In this document: positions 59,174 through 64,000 of the stretch, piece by piece | Numbering within the stretch: the first letter of the stretch is position 1 | Layout of the letters: each line of letters starts with the position of its first letter | Assembly (NCBI GenBank): GCA_963740355.1 | Contig: CAVUDW010000003.1 | Span: 1,888,001 to 1,952,000, forward strand | Origin: an uncultured Gemmatimonadaceae bacterium | Lineage (GTDB): Bacteria > Gemmatimonadota > Gemmatimonadetes > Gemmatimonadales > Gemmatimonadaceae | Reading direction: 5' to 3' | Length of the DNA: 64,000 nucleotides | Made by a program: the position numbers and the translations under genes | Notes under the pieces: generated by a model | Databases searched by the model: none | The model's input: the letters and a program-made list of their open reading frames with translations, nothing else | Told to the model about the DNA's origin: nothing

Positions 59174-59904
59174 GGCCTCACCCGTGCGCCGAGGCGAACG
59201 ATCGCCATGTGTGTACGGCTTTCCATTGGCGTGACGCTGATCTGTGCGCCTGGCAGATCGACGATGCTGCCCTTGGCGAGGTAGCGTGCCGTCCCGCCGG
59301 CCACGTACTGCACGCCGAAATCGAGGTCCACGCGTGTCCGCCCCGCGCGGAGTGGCACGTACACGCCGCCACCCGCTGACCACGACGTCGTCGATGACGA
59401 GTGATTGGTGGTGCTGGCGATCGGTGTCAGCCCTGAACTCCCGCGGACCTGACTTTCGGTGAAGAACACCTGTGCACCGACACCGGCATTCGCGTACGGC
59501 CGGATCAGCCCCTTCGGCCAGCTCACCTGTGGCCCCACGCTCATCGGCACGATGTAGTTGGTGGTCGTCACGTCCACCAGCACGCGGCCACCGACGGTTT
59601 CACTGAATGCGGCGCGTCGCGTTTCGCCGCCATAACCCACGGCGCCGATGCTGGCGCGAAGGCTCCAGACTCCAGCGTCGTCGAGGCGCAGCAGATAGGC
59701 GCCGTCGAGGCCGTAGCCAAGTCCGACATTCCGTCCGAAGGTGCCTTGTGGACGACTCTGAATGACCGACAGGCTGAAGGCGCTGCGGCGCATGAACCCA
59801 GAGGTTCCGTCGGGATCGGTGGTGCTGGTGGCGCGCTGTGCAGTGACGCTTGAAACTACGGCAGTGCCAAGCAATGCGGCTCGGCGGAAGTGTAGTGCGA
59901 ACAT
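59170..59904 (-). CDS. outer-membrane beta-barrel protein
   Basis: Signal peptide, RPYANAGVG, DLDFGVQY strands. Confidence 0.75.
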   Translation of the reverse strand: MFALHFRRAALLGTAVVSSVTAQRATSTTDPDGTSGFMRRSAFSLSVIQSRPQGTFGRNVGLGYGLDGAYLLRLDDAGVWSLRASIGAVGYGGETRRAAFSETVGGRVLVDVTTTNYIVPMSVGPQVSWPKGLIRPYANAGVGAQVFFTESQVRGSSGLTPIASTTNHSSSTTSWSAGGGVYVPLRAGRTRVDLDFGVQYVAGGTARYLAKGSIVDLPGAQISVTPMESRTHMAIVRLGARVRP

Positions 59905-59966
59905 GAAGAGCTCCGACGGTGAACGTGTGCAGAATGAGTGCGAGGCAGGACCTCGGGTGCACGTCA

Positions 59967-60009
59967 ATTCTGGTTCACGGTCGGTTCAGCCAATTGAACG
60001 GAAAGGCTG
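59967..60009 (-). promoter_or_regulatory. AraC-type box plus -10 (copy 4)
   Basis: Minus strand CAGCCTTTCCGTTCAAT-N20-CAGAAT. Confidence 0.65.
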
Positions 60010-60109
60010 ATCTTCGGATGCTGCCTAGGCTGGCCTTCGGGATGAGCACGCGAGCAGCGATCCTGCGTGGCGCGCACGCATGGATCACCTGTCTCGTTCG
60101 TTTCCCTCC

Positions 60110-60577
60110 CTACCGTGTCACCGCCATCAGGTTGCGCGCGAAGAACGCCCCGCCGCCGTCAGCGATCTGCGGGCCATAGATGAAGTTCATCTCCAGCGGA
60201 TAGCCGTACTTCGCATCGAACCGCACGGTGATGTCTTCGAGCTGCGTGTCGCGCTCTACCTCGAGCGTCGAGAAGAGGCGTTCGACCGTCGCGTACGATC
60301 CCCATCGATCTCGCGGCACGGCCTCACCCGTCTCGGTCTTCACGTCCGTCACCACACCATCGATGACGGTGAGCGTGTTCCATCGCGTGATTTCCACAGG
60401 GCAGAAGCAGCTCTGGCGGACGTCGTAGCGGTACGCGTTCCGGACCGGGCTGTTGTTCCAGCGTGCGCGTGCGCTGACCAACTCACGCTTCTCATGGCGC
60501 GAGAGTGGATCCTCTATGCCGCTGCAGGCGGTGAGTAGGAGTGTCAGCGCGGCGAGTGTTCGCGGAACACGATGCAC
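60110..60577 (-). CDS. DUF6174-like lipoprotein
   Basis: Lipobox LTAC; ARARW...Y.Y....CFC; TVE.LF; FD..YGYP. Confidence 0.8.
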   Translation of the reverse strand: MHRVPRTLAALTLLLTACSGIEDPLSRHEKRELVSARARWNNSPVRNAYRYDVRQSCFCPVEITRWNTLTVIDGVVTDVKTETGEAVPRDRWGSYATVERLFSTLEVERDTQLEDITVRFDAKYGYPLEMNFIYGPQIADGGGAFFARNLMAVTR

Positions 60578-60703
60578 GATGATCTCGGGCTGGAATTTGC
60601 CTTGGCGTGGCGATGGATGACGCGCGGCTCGGAGGAAGTACCATCGCGTCCGGACGCTGGTCACTCGTTTCGACTTTCATGCGCACGGCAAGCGATCCAT
60701 GAC

Positions 60704-61110
60704 CAAGGGGTCAGAGATCTTGATCGGCCGGCGACCAAGATCTCTGACCCCTTGATGTCTTTCCCGCGCACCGGAAGCAAAGCGCTGCCGAGCAAGCGAC
60801 CAAGATCTCTGACCCCTTGATGTCTTTCCCGCGCACCGGAAGCAAAGCGCTGCCGAGCAAGCGATCAAGATCTCTGACCCCTTGATGTCTTTCCCGCGCA
60901 CCGGAAGCAAAGCGCTGCCGAGCAAGCGATCAAGATCTCTGACCCCTTGATCGGGAGCTAAACCATTGGCAGGCATCAGGTTGATCGCAGAAAAACCCCG
61001 ATCAAGATCTCTGACCCCTTGATTGGCACCTAAACCATTGGCAGGCATCAGGTTGACCGCCGAAAAACCCCGATCAAGATCTCTGACCCCTTGATCGCTG
61101 ACCCCTTGAT
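60704..61110. repeat. REP-like array of CGAYCAAGATCTCTGACCCCTTGAT units
   Basis: One inverted copy (60704), six direct copies (60732, 60797, 60862, 60927, 60999, 61071), one partial copy (61098); periods 65,65,65,72,72. Confidence 0.92.
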
Positions 61111-61116
61111 CGGCGC

Positions 61117-62535
61117 CTACACCGCGTCCGACAAACTCGAGAAGTTGAAATCCTTCGCCTTCAACGACGGCATCACCCGACCCGCGCCCACCGGCTCGGC
61201 ACGACCGATCTCCTCGATCTTGCTCAGCATGAACAACGGACTCTCGTTCCAGCGGAAGTTCTTCACCGCCGCCGTGATCTTGCCGTTCTCGATCAGGAAG
61301 GTGCCATCGCGTGTGAGGCCGGTGAGCATCACCGTGCGCTGATCGAGGGGGCGGATGTAGAAGAAGTGCGTGACGAGGATGCCGCGCTTGGTGCTCGCAA
61401 TCAGCTCGGCCGTGGTCTGCGTGCCACCGACGAACTTCACCGCACCGCCGCCGAATCCACCGCCACCACCACCGCCCCCTCCTCCTCCGCCGCCACCAGT
61501 CGCAGCCTTGCCCTGCTTCTGGGCCCAGTAGCGATCGTACGAGAATTCCTTGAGGATGCCCTTCTCGATGTAGGTCACGCGACGCACCGGCGTGCCGTCC
61601 TGCGAGAAGGGCTGTGCGAGCAGGTCGGGATCGGCGGGATCGGAATACATCGTCACACGCTCATCCGCGATCTTCTCGCCAAGCTTGGTGCCGCCGCCTG
61701 GCTTGCTGTACGTGCCACGCCCTTCATCATTGGCGCGCGCGTTGAAGGTGCCGAACAGGCTGCCCATGATGTCGGAAACAGCGGCCGGCTCGAGCACCAC
61801 TGTGTACAAGCCCGGCTCGATCGCGCGCGGGTTGCGACTGGCCGCTGCCTTCGCCGATGCCGTGCGACCGAGCGCCGCGGCGTCGATCACACTCCAATCG
61901 CGTGCGCCTGCATTCGACCATCCAGATCCGGTGCCGTCCGGCGTCCGCGCCGTGATGCCAAGGTTCGCACCACTGCTGCGATGATAGGCGAACAACCCAC
62001 GACTGGTCGCAACCGCATTGGCTCCAGCATTCGCCTGCAGAAAGCCAGCGACGAAGATGTTCGCCCCCGGCCCACCCGCCGCCTCGGCCGCATCGATCGC
62101 ACTCTTCGTCGCTGCCGCACGCTTCTCGGGATCGAGACCGGCACTGGAATCGAAATAGCCGTTGACGGTGACGTAGTCCTGCGGGCCGAGTTCCGGCACC
62201 AGCTCAGGGTTTTCCGGGCTCAGTCGCGCCAGCGATTCCGCTGACTCCACCGTTCGCTTGAGGCTCGCGTCATCGAGGATGTTCGTCTCGGCGCTGGCCC
62301 GTCGGCGTCCTATGGTGGACGTCACCGTGATCGAGGTGTTGGTCGTGCCACCGCTGGTGGTGATCTCGTTGCCGGCGAAGCGTGTATTGCCATTCCAGCC
62401 GGTGGCGATGTTCACGCGCGTCTCATCGGCCTTCGCAAACGCCAGCACACGATCGGCCAGTGCCTTGGCCTGGTCACGCGTGAGGAATTCACCATCCAGC
62501 GGAGCCGCGAAGAGGGACTTGGGTTCTGACGACAT
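61117..62535 (-). CDS. TldD/PmbA family protein (TldE-like subunit)
   Basis: NTRFA.N, PG.YTVVLEP.AV, TG.TRDG.FLIENG, NFR.NESP; TAATG overlap with tldD. Confidence 0.9.
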   Translation of the reverse strand: MSSEPKSLFAAPLDGEFLTRDQAKALADRVLAFAKADETRVNIATGWNGNTRFAGNEITTSGGTTNTSITVTSTIGRRRASAETNILDDASLKRTVESAESLARLSPENPELVPELGPQDYVTVNGYFDSSAGLDPEKRAAATKSAIDAAEAAGGPGANIFVAGFLQANAGANAVATSRGLFAYHRSSGANLGITARTPDGTGSGWSNAGARDWSVIDAAALGRTASAKAAASRNPRAIEPGLYTVVLEPAAVSDIMGSLFGTFNARANDEGRGTYSKPGGGTKLGEKIADERVTMYSDPADPDLLAQPFSQDGTPVRRVTYIEKGILKEFSYDRYWAQKQGKAATGGGGGGGGGGGGGGFGGGAVKFVGGTQTTAELIASTKRGILVTHFFYIRPLDQRTVMLTGLTRDGTFLIENGKITAAVKNFRWNESPLFMLSKIEEIGRAEPVGAGRVMPSLKAKDFNFSSLSDAV

Positions 62536-64000
62536 TATGCCTCCCTCCCGGTGTTGACGACGTTGACGTTGCGGAAGCGCGCCGGCGGACAGCCGTGGCT
62601 CACGGAGTTCGACTGCGAAGGCTGTCCCTTGCCGTCCCCGAACGATCCACCCAGCAGGTAGGAGTCCTTGCCGCCGATCATGTCCATCGAATTCCAGAAG
62701 ACCGGCGTCGTGGACTGATACGCGACGTCCTTCAGCATGCCGGTGATCTTGCCGCCGCGCACTTCGTAATACGCCTGACCCGAGAACTGGAAGTTGTAGC
62801 GCTGGTGATCGATCGACCACGAGCCGCGATTCTTGATGATGATGCCGCGATCAGTGGCCGCGATGATGTCGTTCATCGTCGTGTTCTGCTCACTCGGCAT
62901 CAGCGAGATGTTGGGCATGCGCTGGAACTGCACCGAGTCCCACGAGTCGGCGAACGAGCAGCCGTGTGACTTGGTGACGCCGGTCAGCTTGCTGATCGAT
63001 GCCGCCTGTTCACGCGTCGTCTGGTAATCCTTGAAGATGCCCTTGTCGACGATCTTCCACGAATCGGCCGCGACTCCTTCATCATCCCAGGCACAGCGAG
63101 CCAGCGAGCCTTCCTGCGTACGATCGCCCTGGATGTTCATCAGCGGACGGCCGTACTTCAGCTTGCCGATCTGTGCTTCCGGCGGCGCGATGAAGGACGT
63201 GCCCGCGAAGTTCGCCTCGTAGCCCAGCGCACGATCGAGTTCGGTCGGATGTCCGATCGATTCGTGAATCGTGAGCCAGAGATTCTCCGGCGTGATGATC
63301 AGGTCATAGCGTCCTGGTTCCACCGAGCGCGCTCCAAGCTTCTCGACCGCCAGCGCGGCCCACTTGGCGGCGTTGCCCGGCATGTTGAGCGACTCGACGT
63401 ATTCCCAGCCCTGACCGCGCGGTGCGAGTTCTTCGCCGTACTGCTGAAAGCCGCCGTTTCCGACGGCCGTGGCCGAGAACGACGGGCCGACGCGAATGAA
63501 GGTCTGGGTCGTCTGCGTGCCTTCGGAGTTGGCGTACTGCTTGATCTCGCGCAGTAGCTGCAGCCCTGAGTTCACGAAGCGAATGCCCGGCACCTTGAGC
63601 GCGGCATCGTTGGCCGCGAACAACATCGCGACCTTGTCTTCGAGCGAGACCTCGAGTGGATCACGTACGACAGGCGTCGCCCAGGTGCCCTTCACGACCG
63701 GCGTCGGCGCCAGTTCGACCTTGCGCTTCTGCACCGAGCCGGCCGCACGCGATAGTCGCGCCGCCTCGCGCGCCACTTTCACCACACCGTCGGTCGTCAT
63801 GTTGCTGGTGGCCGCGAAGCCCCAGGCACCGTTGACGATCGTGCGGATGCCCATGCCGTAGGACTCCGAGTCCGAAACACCGGTGATCTGCCGTTCGCGG
63901 GTGTTGATGTTCTGGCTGCGATAACGGCCGATGCGAACGTCGGCGTAGGTGGCGCCGGCCGCCTTCGCGGCGCCGAGTGCGGCGGCGATCAGCTCGTCCG
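62535..64000 (-). CDS. tldD: TldD family metalloprotease (5' end outside window)
   Basis: GAWGFA, IHESIGH (HExxGH), DDEG, RMPN, DGKGQP.Q...VSHG.P; frame open to the window edge. Confidence 0.9.
   Translation of the reverse strand, partial: DELIAAALGAAKAAGATYADVRIGRYRSQNINTRERQITGVSDSESYGMGIRTIVNGAWGFAATSNMTTDGVVKVAREAARLSRAAGSVQKRKVELAPTPVVKGTWATPVVRDPLEVSLEDKVAMLFAANDAALKVPGIRFVNSGLQLLREIKQYANSEGTQTTQTFIRVGPSFSATAVGNGGFQQYGEELAPRGQGWEYVESLNMPGNAAKWAALAVEKLGARSVEPGRYDLIITPENLWLTIHESIGHPTELDRALGYEANFAGTSFIAPPEAQIGKLKYGRPLMNIQGDRTQEGSLARCAWDDEGVAADSWKIVDKGIFKDYQTTREQAASISKLTGVTKSHGCSFADSWDSVQFQRMPNISLMPSEQNTTMNDIIAATDRGIIIKNRGSWSIDHQRYNFQFSGQAYYEVRGGKITGMLKDVAYQSTTPVFWNSMDMIGGKDSYLLGGSFGDGKGQPSQSNSVSHGCPPARFRNVNVVNTGREA

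Noticed and set aside
60677..61048. 123-aa ORF with QGVRDLDR repeats
   Set aside because: It is just the translation of the DNA repeat array; the 65-nt period is not a multiple of three.
60704..61110. CRISPR array
   Set aside because: Spacers are duplicated (three identical, two near-identical), the first repeat is inverted, and no leader or cas gene is present in the window.
1..64000. Transposases, integrases, prophage genes, rRNA or tRNA
   Set aside because: No supporting motifs were recognised in any frame.

Overview
High-GC bacterial chromosomal segment, most consistent with Gemmatimonadota (inferred from the BTAD/Ser-Thr kinase genes, propeller-amidohydrolase fusion and TldD/TldE pair; not verified by search). 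About 60 CDSs: secreted hydrolases and peptidases, one-component regulators with their target operons, msrA, an iodotyrosine deiodinase homologue, hutDGF and tldDE. I saw no rRNA, tRNA, transposase or cas gene. Highlights: (1) a 52-60 kb putative AraC regulon defined by four promoters with identical geometry (YAGCC-N6-TTCAA(G/T)-N20-YAnnnT) in front of a 22-Cys eukaryote-style metallothionein, a flavin monooxygenase, a YtkA lipoprotein/MauG-type di-heme enzyme/Cys-tailed GNAT operon and an OMP-hydrolase operon; (2) a stand-alone class II (anthrax EF/CyaA/ExoY-like) nucleotidyl cyclase next to an EAL phosphodiesterase; (3) an HP0729-like protein with a C-terminal HEPN-type RxxxxH motif, divergent from a kinase locus; (4) two frameshifted genes; (5) two ECF42-type promoters, a NemR-type box and other operators; (6) a CRISPR-mimicking REP-like array at 60.7-61.1 kb. 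All family calls come from motif recognition by eye, not from database searches.
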